Origin: an uncultured Gemmatimonadales bacterium
GTDB lineage: Bacteria; Gemmatimonadota; Gemmatimonadetes; Gemmatimonadales; GWC2-71-9
DNA length: 64,000 nt
NCBI GenBank assembly: GCA_963697435.1
Contig: CAVOOB010000002.1
Location: 587,681 to 651,680 of the forward strand
Direction of reading: 5' to 3'
This document shows, piece by piece, positions 1 through 9,483 of the stretch. The notes under the pieces were generated by a model. That model was given only the letters and a program-made list of their open reading frames with translations, did not search any database and was not told the DNA's origin. Within the stretch, counting starts at the first letter, position 1; every line of letters starts with the position of its first letter. The position numbers and the translations under genes were made by a program.

Positions 1-21
1 CTTTCCGGCGGTCGTCGACGA

Positions 22-723
22 ATGACTCCTGAACTGCTTGCCGCCACCCGCATCGTGCGTCGCGGGCAGGTGCTCACTGTCCTCGGCCTGCTCGCCTCTG
101 CGGCGGTGTACGTGATCGCGCTTTGCTATACCCCGGTGGAAGTGCGCCAGGGGTTGGCCCAGAAGATCTTCTACATCCACGCCCCGGCGGCGTGGGGGGC
201 CCTGGTCGCCTTCGCCGTCGTTGGCATCGTGAGCATTCTCTATCTCTGGTTGCACGACGAGCGGCTGGATCTGTTCGCCGCCAGTTCGGCGGAGGTCGGG
301 ATTGCCTTCTCCCTCGTGATGCTCACCACCGGTCCCATCTGGGGAAAGACGGTCTGGGGCACCTGGTGGACATGGGACGCACGGCTCACCCTCACGCTCT
401 TTCTCTTCTTCCTCTTCGTGGGGTACCTGGCGCTGCGGGCCGCCGTGCAGGACCGCGGCGAGCGGGCCCGGTTCAGCGCCGTGGTGGGCATCATGGGCCT
501 GGTGCTCGTGCCGTTCATCCACCTGAGTGTGTACCTCTTCCGGACGCTGCATCCGCAGCCGGTCCTCCTCAAGCCGAGCGCGCCGTCAATGCCGCCGGAG
601 ATGCTCCGTGCGTTGCTGTCGGGAATGGCGGCGTTCACGATCCTCTACATCGGGTTCGTCGTGCTGCGTTACGGGCTGGCGCGGCTGGAGAACCTGCGCG
701 AAGGAGCCGGCGATGCCCTTTGA
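22..723 (+). CDS. ccmC: Heme exporter / cytochrome c biogenesis protein CcmC
   Basis: Multi-TM protein with conserved His (FYIHAPAAW), the WWD motif WGKTVWGTWWTWDARLT and C-terminal RTLHP. Confidence 0.93.
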   Translation: MTPELLAATRIVRRGQVLTVLGLLASAAVYVIALCYTPVEVRQGLAQKIFYIHAPAAWGALVAFAVVGIVSILYLWLHDERLDLFAASSAEVGIAFSLVMLTTGPIWGKTVWGTWWTWDARLTLTLFLFFLFVGYLALRAAVQDRGERARFSAVVGIMGLVLVPFIHLSVYLFRTLHPQPVLLKPSAPSMPPEMLRALLSGMAAFTILYIGFVVLRYGLARLENLREGAGDAL

Positions 724-869
724 AACTCCGCAGAACGGCGGTTTCCTCACCGCTGCGTACATTGTAGCGGCGGCGATTTATGTTGCATACGCCGCGAGCT
801 TGTGGGTCAGGGCAAGTCGCGCGATGCGCGAGGCGGGGCAGGCGGGGCAGCGGGGCAGCGGGGCCGTAG
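713..869 (+). CDS. Probable CcmD-like small single-TM protein (stop reached only via a +1 frameshift)
   Basis: ATG 713 overlaps the ccmC 3' end, with AAGGAG upstream. MPFETPQNGGFLTAAYIVAAAIYVAYAASLWVRASRAMRE is a hydrophobic helix plus basic tail in the ccmD position. The nearest TAG before the terminator (867-869) is in the +1 frame. Confidence 0.6.
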
Positions 870-897
870 GGGCGCGGCACCGCGGTTCAGAAGAACG

Positions 898-927
898 AAC
901 GGCCCCCGGCAATCGCCGGGGGCCGTT
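898..927. terminator. Bidirectional terminator hairpin between convergent ccm and aquaporin genes
   Basis: Perfect 13-bp stem AACGGCCCCCGGC / GCCGGGGGCCGTT with loop AATC. Confidence 0.8.
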
Positions 928-951
928 GGTCGTTCGGGTGCCGCGCCCGCG

Positions 952-1623
952 TCAGTCAGTCGGCTTCGGGAAGAGGACCTTCTCCCAGAGGAACGCGGCC
1001 ACGAGGGCCCCGAGGATCGGCCCCACCCAGTACACTCCCTGGCTGACCCACTGCCCGGAGGCGAATGCCGGGCCAAAGGCCCGCACGGGGTTCAACGCGG
1101 CCCCGGTGAGCGGACCCCCGAACAGGACACCAATGAAGAGGGTGAGCCCGACGGCGAAGCCGGCGACCTTCGGGGCCTGCGCCGAAACGGCCGTGCCGAG
1201 GTAGGCGCTCATCAGAAAGAAGGTCAGGATTGCCTCGATGGCGATCGCCTTCCCGAGCGTGATCGTCGCGGCGATCGCTGGCGTGCCGACCGCGAGCACC
1301 TTGGACACCCCGCTGGGGAGGAGGAACTTGAGCACGAAGCCGGCAGCGACCGCCGCCAGGATCTGCGCAAGAATGTACAAGGCCGCCGACTTTGCGTCGA
1401 TGCGGCGGATGGCCAGCATCCCGGCCGTGACCGCCGGGTTCAAGTGACCACCGGAAATTGCCATCGTGGCGGTGACGCCGATGGCCAGGGCGATGCCGTA
1501 GGCAAACGCGATCCCGAGAACGCCAAACCCCCCCTTGGGGAAGTTCGTGGTCATCATGGCGCCTGCGCCGAAGAACACGATCATGAAGGTGCCGAAGAAC
1601 TCGGCGACCAGCCGACGGGACAT
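952..1623 (-). CDS. Aquaporin / MIP family channel
   Basis: AEFFGTF start, SGGHLNPAVT and ALNPVRAFGPA (NPA/NPV motifs), YWVGPILG; six TM segments. Confidence 0.93.
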   Translation of the reverse strand: MSRRLVAEFFGTFMIVFFGAGAMMTTNFPKGGFGVLGIAFAYGIALAIGVTATMAISGGHLNPAVTAGMLAIRRIDAKSAALYILAQILAAVAAGFVLKFLLPSGVSKVLAVGTPAIAATITLGKAIAIEAILTFFLMSAYLGTAVSAQAPKVAGFAVGLTLFIGVLFGGPLTGAALNPVRAFGPAFASGQWVSQGVYWVGPILGALVAAFLWEKVLFPKPTD

Positions 1624-1685
1624 AGGATGCATCCAGCTACCTCACGAATCGGGGAAGAGGGCCGTCCAGTTGGCGGCGAATCTAA

Positions 1686-2932
1686 TCAGTCGGCGCGGCG
1701 CAGCACCAGCGCGGCGTTGATGCCGCCGAACCCGAAGGAATTGCTGAGCATGAACTCGGGCGCTGCCGTGCGACCGCCGCCCGCAAGATAGTCGAGGTCG
1801 CAGGCGGGGTCGGGAGCCTGGAGATTCAGGGTCGGGGGGAGCCAGTTCCGATGGCTGGCCAGCGCGCAGATGGCCGCTTCGATGGCGCCACTCGCCCCGA
1901 GGGCATGCCCGTAATAGCCCTTCGTTCCACTGATGGCCATCCGGCGTGCATGCTCGCCGAAGACCTGCTTCAGCGCTGCCGTCTCGGTGGAGTCGTTGAG
2001 GGGGGTGGATGATCCATGGGCGTTGACGTAGCCGATGCTGGAGGGGTCCACGTGCCCCTCGGCGAGGGCCAGCCGCATGGCCCGCGTGGCCTGCGCACCG
2101 TCGGGCCGCGGGGCGGTCATGTGATGGGCGTCGTTGGTCAGGCCGAATCCACAGAGCTCAGTGTAGATCCGGGCGCCCCGCGCGAGCGCGTGCTGTCGCT
2201 CCTCCAGCACCAGGACGGCTGCGCCTTCCCCCATCACGAACCCATCGCGGCCGGCATCGAAGGGCCGGCTCGCCGTGCCCGGGTCGTCGTTGCGGGTGGA
2301 CATGGCGCGAATGATGGCGAACGCCCCGAAGCTGAGCGGGGCCAGGGGCGCCTCGGCGCCTCCGGCAATCATCACGTCGGCATCGCCCACGCATGATGGC
2401 GCGGAACCCGTCCCCGATGGCGATGGTGCCAGAGGCGCAGCTCATCCCGTTGGTGCTGTTGGGGCCGGTGACTCCGAACGCGATGGCGACGTTGCAGCTC
2501 GCCGCGCCCGCGAACACCATCAGCGCCAGCCCCGGGTCGACCGCGCGGATGCCTCCCTCGACATACCGCCCGTGCTCCTCTTCCGCCATCCCGATCCCGC
2601 CGAGTGCGGTCGCCCATCATGACGCCGACGCGGTCGCGATCTTCCTTGCCCAGATCGAGTTCCGCGTCGGCCAGCGCCATGCGGATCGCGGCGACGCTGA
2701 ACTGGCCGAACCGGTCGATCCGCCGCGCCTTCCGCTCCTCGATATGGTCGGTGGCGTGGAAGTCGTCCACCTGCGCGGCGATCCGGGTCCGGAACGGAGC
2801 AGGATCGAACCGGGTGATTTCACGCACCGCCGACACACCCCGCCGCAGCCCCGCCCAGAGGCCCTCGACGCCGATTCCGATCGGCGTGATGGCGCCGATC
2901 CCGGTGATGACGACTCGCCGCGCGTCAGCCAT
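1686..2932 (-). CDS. FabF-like beta-ketoacyl-ACP synthase (two apparent +1 frameshifts, ~2611 and ~2387)
   Basis: Three frames join into one KAS II: RRVVITGIGAITPIG..., NGMSCASGTIAIG (catalytic Cys), YVNAHGSST and KGYYGHALGASG (two His), SNSFGFGGIN. Confidence 0.88.
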
Positions 2933-3390
2933 CGGTCGGCCTCCACGGCCCGCGCGAGGCCGGCCAGCGTGCGCGACGCGATGCCGTGCACGAAGATCGG
3001 ACCGATGACCCATTCGGCGGCGGGCACGCGTATCAGCGGCCACGCGGGGCCTTCCCAGGTGTGCACGATGGTCACTTCCGTTTGCTCGGCCCCGTGCGGA
3101 ACCACGCGCCAGACGACGTCCATGCCGGCGGTGATCCCGCGGACGTGGCGATACCGCACCTCGCGGCGTGCCGCGTCGATCCACATCTCCGATTCCCACC
3201 AGACCGGCCAGGCCACCGGTCCGAAGGGACGCACCGCGGCCATCTCCACCACCCCGCCGTCGGCACGCCGCTGGTTGAAGCGCACCCAGCGGTAGTGCGG
3301 CAACCGCGCCGGCCAGCGCTCCACGTCGGCCGCGGCGTCGAACATGGCGTCCGCCGCGGCACGAACGATCATCCGGTCCACTGTACGCAT
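2925..3390 (-). CDS. SRPBCC / polyketide cyclase-dehydrase family protein
   Basis: FDAAADVERWPARLPHYRWVR...YRHVRGITAGMDVVWR...IGPIFVHGIASRTL. The expected stop (TGA in ATGGCTGA overlapping the ketosynthase start) is one base out of frame. Confidence 0.78.
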
Positions 3391-4103
3391 CAGGAGGTGC
3401 TCCAGTACGCCACGAGACGGAATCCCGGCCGGCGGGCGACGCGGGCCGACTGACCGGCGCGGGTTGCGAGTGCCGACAGTTCCCCGGCATGGTACCCCCG
3501 GCGCACCGAGGTGATCCCGTCAGCCCGGGTCACCGGGTCGAAGCCGAGGAGTGCGCTGCCGACTCGAAAGCCGGCCACGGCCAGTTCCGATCGCCTCAGG
3601 TCGGCCACCACCACGCCGATCCGCGCCACGCGGCTTGCGGTGCGGAACAGGTCGACCACCGCGTTGGCCGCGAGATGATGCGCCACCTGGCTGATGAGCA
3701 CGATATCCACGCCGTTCTCGCGCACCGGCAGGTGGCCCGCGCAGCCGAGCATGGTGGGGAGGTCGCGTTGGGTGGCGAGGGTGGCCGCGACCGGACTCCG
3801 CTCCAGCCCGATGGCGCGCAGGTGGCGGCCGCGTCGCGCCGCCCATCGCACCGCCGCCATCGGCAAATCACCCGCTCCCGTGCCGATGTCGAGCAGTGTC
3901 AGGGGCACGGTGCGCGCTGCCCCGACCGCATGCTCCCCGGCGTCCCGAAGCAATCGTTCAATGCCCCATAACACCGCGGCGCGGCCGCCAAACCACCAGT
4001 TGGCGCGCGCGATGTTGGCAAGCGACCGGCCGACGACGGCCGGATCGGCGCCGGGATCGTCGAGGAGTTCGGTGCCCAGCGGAGCGACGTGGGGAGAGGT
4101 CAC
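3390..4103 (-). CDS. SAM-dependent methyltransferase
   Basis: ELLDDP N-terminus, LLDIGTGAGD motif I, SQVAHHL, DGITSVRRGY; GTGA overlap with the upstream gene. Confidence 0.87.
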   Translation of the reverse strand: MTSPHVAPLGTELLDDPGADPAVVGRSLANIARANWWFGGRAAVLWGIERLLRDAGEHAVGAARTVPLTLLDIGTGAGDLPMAAVRWAARRGRHLRAIGLERSPVAATLATQRDLPTMLGCAGHLPVRENGVDIVLISQVAHHLAANAVVDLFRTASRVARIGVVVADLRRSELAVAGFRVGSALLGFDPVTRADGITSVRRGYHAGELSALATRAGQSARVARRPGFRLVAYWSTS

Positions 4104-4588
4104 CCGTGGTTCAGTCCGGTGTAGCCGCCGCGAAAGTAGACCAGTGGAGTCCCATCCGCGGCGCTGCCACGCAGCACGCGCCCGACCACGATCGTGTGGT
4201 CGCCGGCCGGGAAGGTGGCGTGCGGGCTGCATTCGATCGATGCCAGGACGCCGTCGAGGATCGGCTGTCCCTCGGGGGAGGTGTCGTAGCCGATGCCATC
4301 GAAGCGGTCGAGATGTTTCGTGGCGAATCGTCGTGAGAGCGTTTCCTGCGATGCTTCGAGGATGTTGATCACGAACCCGGGCGCGGCCAGCAGCGCGTCA
4401 TACAGCTCGGCGGCGTGGTCGATGCAGACCAGCAGGAGCGGCGGGTCGAGCGAAACGGAGGTGAGGCTGTTGGCGGTCATGCCCGCCGGCTGGCCATCGG
4501 GCAAGGTCAGCGTGATGATGGTGACGCCCGTGGCGAAACGACCGAGGAGTTGGCGGAACTCTGCGGGGTCCAGGTTGGTCGGACTCAT
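4100..4588 (-). CDS. Flavin reductase family protein (HpaC/RutF-like)
   Basis: FRQLLGRFATGVTIIT, GMTANSLTSVSLDPPLLLVCI, AGDHTIVVGRV, PLVYFRGGY. Confidence 0.93.
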   Translation of the reverse strand: MSPTNLDPAEFRQLLGRFATGVTIITLTLPDGQPAGMTANSLTSVSLDPPLLLVCIDHAAELYDALLAAPGFVINILEASQETLSRRFATKHLDRFDGIGYDTSPEGQPILDGVLASIECSPHATFPAGDHTIVVGRVLRGSAADGTPLVYFRGGYTGLNHG

Positions 4589-5802
4589 AGGATCATCCGG
4601 GTCAGGAACTGCGGGTTGAGGACGCGGTTGGCCGGTACGAAGTCGCCGGTGACGCCGATCAGGGTATGGGCCATCTCCGGGTGCCGGCCCAGCCGGCCGA
4701 CCACGCGATCGAACACCGCCGGAAGGTACATCCCATACCCGATGAGCCGTTCGACCATCCACTTCCCGGCAAAGGCCCGCCGTCGAAGCCGACGATAGGG
4801 CGCGAGCGCCGCCGCCGAGAGAATGCCCGGGTCGCGCAGCGCCATGTGCGCGGTCTCGGCCGCCATCTCGGCGCCGCGAAGCGCGGAAGAGATGCCCTGG
4901 CCGGTGAAAGGATCGAAAAAATCGGCGGCGTCGCCCACCAGCAGGGCACCGGCGGTCGTGACACGCCCGGCCCGGGAAGAAAAGGGCCCCGTCACCAGAA
5001 CCTCGCGTTCCAGCCGCGAGGGGTCGATGCGTCCGCGCACCCCGGGAAAACTCTCCAGCGTGGCGAAGAAGTACCTGGTCGCATCCCCCCGGGCGCCTGC
5101 CGCTCCCCTCTGGGGCACCACGAGCGCCACGTTGTAGAGATCGGCACCGATCCGGTTGAGTCCTACGTACCCGCCGTCGCCCACGTGCATCTCGGCGGTG
5201 GCCCCCATGCCACGGACCCCGCTCAGGTGCGCCACGAAGGCCACGCGACGGGGGAGGGAGCTGGCGCGCCGCCCGATGCGGCGCGCCACCAGCGAGCCGA
5301 GTCCGTCGGCGCCAATCGTGAGGCGAGCGCGTATCGGCGCATGCCGCCCATCCGGGTTCCGTATGAGCACGCCCGCCACCGCACCCTGATCGTGGAGCAG
5401 TCCCTCCACCCGCGTGCGCTCCCGAACGTCCGCACCTGCATCCCGGGCGGCCTGAACGAGCCGCGCGTCGAGTATCCGCCTCGGCAGGGAGAGCCCCGCC
5501 GGGCGGAACGGCCGCGGGATCGCCTCCTGAAACAGCCCCGTGAGACGGCTGCCGCGGGGGGCGACCACGGTCGTACCGGCCAGGGCGACGGCGCCGGCGG
5601 CTTCGAGATCGGGCACGACACCAAGCCGATCCAGCAGGCGGACTGCCTCGGGGCTCATGTACTCGGAACAGGGCTTCTCTCTGGGGAACGCGGCGCGGTC
5701 GACCACGACAACCCGCCACCCAGCACGGGCCAGGTGAACAGCGGCGGCACTGCCGGCTGGTCCGGCACCGGCAATCAGGACATCCGCGTCTGTCGCGGTC
5801 AC
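4585..5802 (-). CDS. FAD-dependent oxidoreductase (geranylgeranyl reductase / aromatic hydroxylase-like)
   Basis: DVLIAGAGPAGS Rossmann motif, FPREKPCSE, IGADG, LVGDAADFFDPFTGQGI. Confidence 0.9.
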   Translation of the reverse strand: MTATDADVLIAGAGPAGSAAAVHLARAGWRVVVVDRAAFPREKPCSEYMSPEAVRLLDRLGVVPDLEAAGAVALAGTTVVAPRGSRLTGLFQEAIPRPFRPAGLSLPRRILDARLVQAARDAGADVRERTRVEGLLHDQGAVAGVLIRNPDGRHAPIRARLTIGADGLGSLVARRIGRRASSLPRRVAFVAHLSGVRGMGATAEMHVGDGGYVGLNRIGADLYNVALVVPQRGAAGARGDATRYFFATLESFPGVRGRIDPSRLEREVLVTGPFSSRAGRVTTAGALLVGDAADFFDPFTGQGISSALRGAEMAAETAHMALRDPGILSAAALAPYRRLRRRAFAGKWMVERLIGYGMYLPAVFDRVVGRLGRHPEMAHTLIGVTGDFVPANRVLNPQFLTRMIL

Positions 5803-6569
5803 AGCAGCCGAGCCCCGAGGGCCCACGCGGCCCAGCCGGCAGCCGTGGCGCCGGCGGTGGCCAGCGCATTCACCCCGTCATTGGTCATCCAGGCCGATCC
5901 CCCCAGCAAACGGGTGCGGTGCCCACAATGGTGGACGTGTTGTTCACTCTCCGTGTGGCAATGCGCGCAGCGGAATCTACCCTGCAGACCGGCACCGAGG
6001 ATCGCATCGAGCAGCATACCGCCGATCCCGAGGCCGAGGGCCACCAGGCTAGTACCCCACCCCAGGAGCGGAAGTGCCGAGGCCGCCACCAGGGCCGCGC
6101 CGATACCGGCTCCTGCCGTGCCGAGCGGCGTGATGCCACCGCTGGTCCCGGGGGGTACCGCGTGGCCGCTCAGGATGCCTCGCGGATTGACCCCGCTGTG
6201 GGCGCCCATAGCGGTGCCCCAGGTATCGGCGGCGGCGGCCGAAAGACCCGCCGTGAAGGCCAGCAGGGCACCGGGGCCGCCGATGAGGAGCGCCAGCACT
6301 GGCGCCCCTCCATTGGCCAGCACCTGCCAGGCGTCGCGTCGGTCGCCCTTCTGGTCGAGTGTGGGCACCGGCGGGGGCCAGAGGCGGGAAATGGCGGAGC
6401 TGGGCAGGAAGAAGGCAATCAGGATCACCCCGGCCGGCCATCCCCCCGCGGCGAGCGTCACGGCGCCGAGGGATGCCGCCGCGAGGGCTCCCGATCGGCT
6501 CAACGCCCTGGCGCGCCAGGCGAGGGCCGCGACGGCACCCGCAACGAGGGCGGCCTGCACGGCTCCCAC
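5799..6569 (-). CDS. DUF92 / TMEM19-family membrane protein
   Basis: RDAWQVLANGG, AAADTWGTAMG, VPPGTSGGITPLGT, DAILGAGLQ, NDGVNALAT; includes a CAHC...HHCG metal-binding insert. Confidence 0.88.
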   Translation of the reverse strand: MGAVQAALVAGAVAALAWRARALSRSGALAAASLGAVTLAAGGWPAGVILIAFFLPSSAISRLWPPPVPTLDQKGDRRDAWQVLANGGAPVLALLIGGPGALLAFTAGLSAAAADTWGTAMGAHSGVNPRGILSGHAVPPGTSGGITPLGTAGAGIGAALVAASALPLLGWGTSLVALGLGIGGMLLDAILGAGLQGRFRCAHCHTESEQHVHHCGHRTRLLGGSAWMTNDGVNALATAGATAAGWAAWALGARLL

Positions 6570-6571
6570 GT

Positions 6572-6820
6572 TCAGGTCGGGGGGGTGCTCCGGAGCGATT
6601 GCCGGATCCGGGCGACGACGGCGTCGGGGCAACGCACACCCTTGGCCGCACGCTCGAGCGCCGCAAGGAAATTGCGCTCGAAATGGGCATGCTGGAGGCA
6701 GTGACCACAGGCGGAGAGGTGGCTGGCCACCCGCGTCTCGTTGTCGGGCGTCAGCTCCTCCTTCAGGTAGTCCTGGAGGAGGGCCAGCGCCGCCGCGCAA
6801 TCGAGATTCTGGTTGTTCAT
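6572..6820 (-). CDS. Zinc-binding anti-sigma factor (zf-HC2)
   Basis: LDCAAALALLQDYL...HLSACGHC (HxxxCxxC); 82 aa, soluble; ATGA overlap with the ECF sigma gene. Confidence 0.87.
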   Translation of the reverse strand: MNNQNLDCAAALALLQDYLKEELTPDNETRVASHLSACGHCLQHAHFERNFLAALERAAKGVRCPDAVVARIRQSLRSTPPT

Positions 6821-7434
6821 GATTCCTTCCCGGGGCGCACGACACCCGTCTCGATCGCGTACTCCAGCAGGGTGTGCTGCAGTTGCTTCCGGGCGCGGAA
6901 GAGCCGCGACTTCACCGTACCCACCGGCACGCCGACCGTCTCGGCGATCTGGGCGTAGCCCAGCCCCTCCACGTCGCTCAGGACCACCACCTCGCGGAAT
7001 TCCTCCGGCAGGGCGTCGATCGCGGCGAGGATGCGCTCGTCGACCAGTTCGTGGAAGAACTCCCCCTCGGGATCCCGTCCCGCCTGCTCGTGGACGAGGG
7101 CGTGCTGCTCCGCCACGTCGATGTCGACCGTGACCGGAGTCCGGCGCCGCCGGCGGTAGTCGTTGATGAAGGTGTTCCTCAGGATGGTCAACAGCCAGCC
7201 GCGGGCGTTGGTTCCCTGCCGGAAGGTGTCCCAGGCACGGAAGGCCTTGAGCACGGTGTCTTGCACGAGGTCTTCGGCGTTGGCCGGTTCGCCGGTCAAC
7301 CGCAACGCCACCCGGTACATCACGTCGAGGTGCGGGAGCACATCGCGCTCGAAGGCCGTATCGGTCGAAGGAGTGGTGGACACCGATGGAATGTCCCCGG
7401 TCGCCTGGACCGGGCGCAAGCGCCTCTGGTTCAT
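6817..7434 (-). CDS. ECF sigma-70 factor (SigH/SigR-like)
   Basis: AEDLVQDTVLKAFRAWDTFRQGTNARGWLLTILRNTFIN (region 2); LGYAQIAETVGVPVGTVKSRLFRARKQL (region 4). Confidence 0.94.
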   Translation of the reverse strand: MNQRRLRPVQATGDIPSVSTTPSTDTAFERDVLPHLDVMYRVALRLTGEPANAEDLVQDTVLKAFRAWDTFRQGTNARGWLLTILRNTFINDYRRRRRTPVTVDIDVAEQHALVHEQAGRDPEGEFFHELVDERILAAIDALPEEFREVVVLSDVEGLGYAQIAETVGVPVGTVKSRLFRARKQLQHTLLEYAIETGVVRPGKES

Positions 7435-7465
7435 GAGGCGGTCCGTGGGTAACTTCTGCCCGTCT

Positions 7466-8133
7466 ATGTCTGAGGACTCCCTGCCGTATCCCATGCCGAA
7501 GGTGACCGACGCCGGTGGCACGCCGGCTATCGTGCCGCTCAGCCTGCTCGAGGCGCTCCGCAACCTCGACACGCCCGTCGGCGACGGGCTCGATGAACTG
7601 GCCGGGGAGATCGTGGCCAAGCGCTTCGGGCTTGAGCGCGACCGTGGCCGCGCAGATCCAGCGCTATCAGGAGGCCGATCGGCGGGGCGCCGGCGGTGCC
7701 GCTGGACGAGACGGTCGGGGTCTTCCGCCTGGTCGGCCGTCGCCCCGACGCGGCGCTGGTGTACGCCGATGCCGGCCGCCGAGCGGCGCGATATGCCGCG
7801 CGCGGGGTCTCCCTGCCGGTGCGTTCCCTGATGCGCGCCACGCCACGATTCATTCGATGGCGGGTCGGGGCCGGCGCCGCCACCCGGGCCTCCCGGGGGA
7901 TTTTCGGCGCGCGGCTGACCATCCGGGGCCGCTCCGCGGACGCCGTGATCGGAGACCCATTGTCCTTGCACGCCCTCCCCGACGGGCAGGCGTGCTCCTA
8001 TTATGGCGCGGCGCTCGCTGAGTTGCTCCGCGTCCTCACCGGGTTCGAAGGCGCCATGGTGCACGAGCGCTGCCGCGGCCGGGGAGATGGCACTTGTCGG
8101 TGGCAGGCCGCCGCCGTGGAGGGGTACTCATGA
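7466..8133 (+). CDS. V4R-like domain protein (two apparent +1 frameshifts, ~7631 and ~7692)
   Basis: Three frames join: PLSLLEALRNLDTP...KRFG / LSATVAAQIQRY / VPLDETVGVFRLVGRRPDA. C-terminus CSYYGAALAELL...HERCRGRGDGTCRW has the V4R C/E/C/C pattern. Confidence 0.65.
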
Positions 8134-9314
8134 CCGCCCATGCCTTGCCGGATCGCAAGCAACTGGCCGACGGACTCGACGCGGTCGGGGCCGACGGCTG
8201 GCTGCTCTTCGACTTCCATGGACTCAACCCGGTGGCCGGCCGCGTGCTCGGGCTGGGGGGGATGGGGAGCCGGCGGCTCTTCGTCCTGCTCCCCCGGGAG
8301 GGCGAACCGGTGGCCGTGGTCCACAAGATCGAGATGCAGCCGCTCGAGGGATTCCCGGGCAAGCTCCTGCCGTACGCGAGGTGGGAGGAACTGCATGCGG
8401 CCCTCGGCTCGATCGTGAAGGGGCGGACGCTGGCGATGGAGGTCTCCCCCGACGACGCCGTGCCGTACCTGGACCGCGTTCCTCATGGGGTGATCCAGCT
8501 GATTACGAAGCTCGGGGGGACGGTGGTCCCCTCGTCGTCGCTGGTCACCCGGTTCGCCTCCCGGTGGAGCGCCGAGGAGCTGGCGGATCACCGGTATGCC
8601 GCCGAGACCCTGGCGGACATCGCTCGAAGCGAGCTCGCGTGGGCGGTGACGCAGGGGGGGACGGGGCTGACGGAGACGGCGTTACAGGCCCGGGTGGTCG
8701 CGGCCATGGAGGCGCGCGGCCTCAAGCTGACCACGCTGCCGATCGTCGGGTTCGGGGCCAACGCCGCCAATCCGCACTACGAGCCGGAGGCGGGCAAGGA
8801 CGCCACGCTGGCGAAGGACCAGGTCATCCTGCTGGATCTCTGGGGCGGGAAGGGCAGTACGACGACGGTCTTTGCCGACCAGACCTGGATGGGCTTCTCC
8901 GGGACCGAGGTGCCGGAGGAGGTCGAGGGGGTCTGGCGGACTGTCCGCGACGCCCGGGACGCCGCCATCGCGGCGATTCAGCAGGGCGCTCGTGAGGGGC
9001 GGGCGGTGGCGGGGTTCGAGGGGGACCGGGCGGCCCGCGGGGTGATCGAGAAGGCGGGCTACGGGGAGTACTTCGTCCACCGGACCGGGCACTCGATCGA
9101 CCGGGACCTCCACGGCTCCGGGCCCCACCTGGACGACTACGAGACCCACGACGACCGGGCGCTGATGCCCGGGGTCGGGTTCTCGGTGGAGCCCGGTATC
9201 TATATATCCGGCCGGATCGGCGTGCGGAGCGAGATCAACATGTACTGGGGTCCGGAGGGGCCGGAGGTGACCCCGGCGGCGCCCCAGCGGAACCTGATCA
9301 AGATTGGGGGGTAG
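8130..9314 (+). CDS. M24 family Xaa-Pro aminopeptidase
   Basis: NPHYEP, LLDLW...ADQTW, HRTGHSI, FSVEPGIY, GVRSE metal-ligand motifs. Confidence 0.92.
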   Translation: MTAHALPDRKQLADGLDAVGADGWLLFDFHGLNPVAGRVLGLGGMGSRRLFVLLPREGEPVAVVHKIEMQPLEGFPGKLLPYARWEELHAALGSIVKGRTLAMEVSPDDAVPYLDRVPHGVIQLITKLGGTVVPSSSLVTRFASRWSAEELADHRYAAETLADIARSELAWAVTQGGTGLTETALQARVVAAMEARGLKLTTLPIVGFGANAANPHYEPEAGKDATLAKDQVILLDLWGGKGSTTTVFADQTWMGFSGTEVPEEVEGVWRTVRDARDAAIAAIQQGAREGRAVAGFEGDRAARGVIEKAGYGEYFVHRTGHSIDRDLHGSGPHLDDYETHDDRALMPGVGFSVEPGIYISGRIGVRSEINMYWGPEGPEVTPAAPQRNLIKIGG

Positions 9315-9454
9315 CCCCCCCCTTCCCAAATCCGGAATCGAGGGATAAGCTTGTCGGGGCGAGGTGGTGGCCGCACCGCTTCGCATCGCTCCATCCCGGT
9401 TTGTTGCATTCAGTTACAGCGGGACCCTGTCGCATTCTGATTCGTGACAGTTCC

Positions 9455-9483
9455 TTGACACGTGATTTCGGTCACGTCATATT
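9455..9483 (+). promoter_or_regulatory. Sigma70-type promoter with a CRP/FNR-like palindrome in the spacer
   Basis: TTGACA (9455-9460), 17 nt, CATATT (9478-9483); the palindrome ACGTGA-tttcgg-TCACGT occupies 9460-9477. Confidence 0.6.

Noticed and set aside
952-1623. Aquaporin as an arsenite channel belonging to the ars operon
   Set aside because: It lies 44 kb away in a different operon with no ArsR operator upstream.
4666-6822. Long antisense or alternate-frame ORFs (718 aa here; also 22446-24407, 42232-44493, 37375-39138)
   Set aside because: Shadow ORFs of real genes in high-GC DNA; Arg/Pro/Gly-rich with no recognisable motifs.
4100-6845. Apparent fusion ORFs (589-aa flavin reductase, 348-aa DUF92 extension)
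   Set aside because: The extensions are open frames overlapping upstream genes; true starts sit at the stop/start junctions (4588, 6569).
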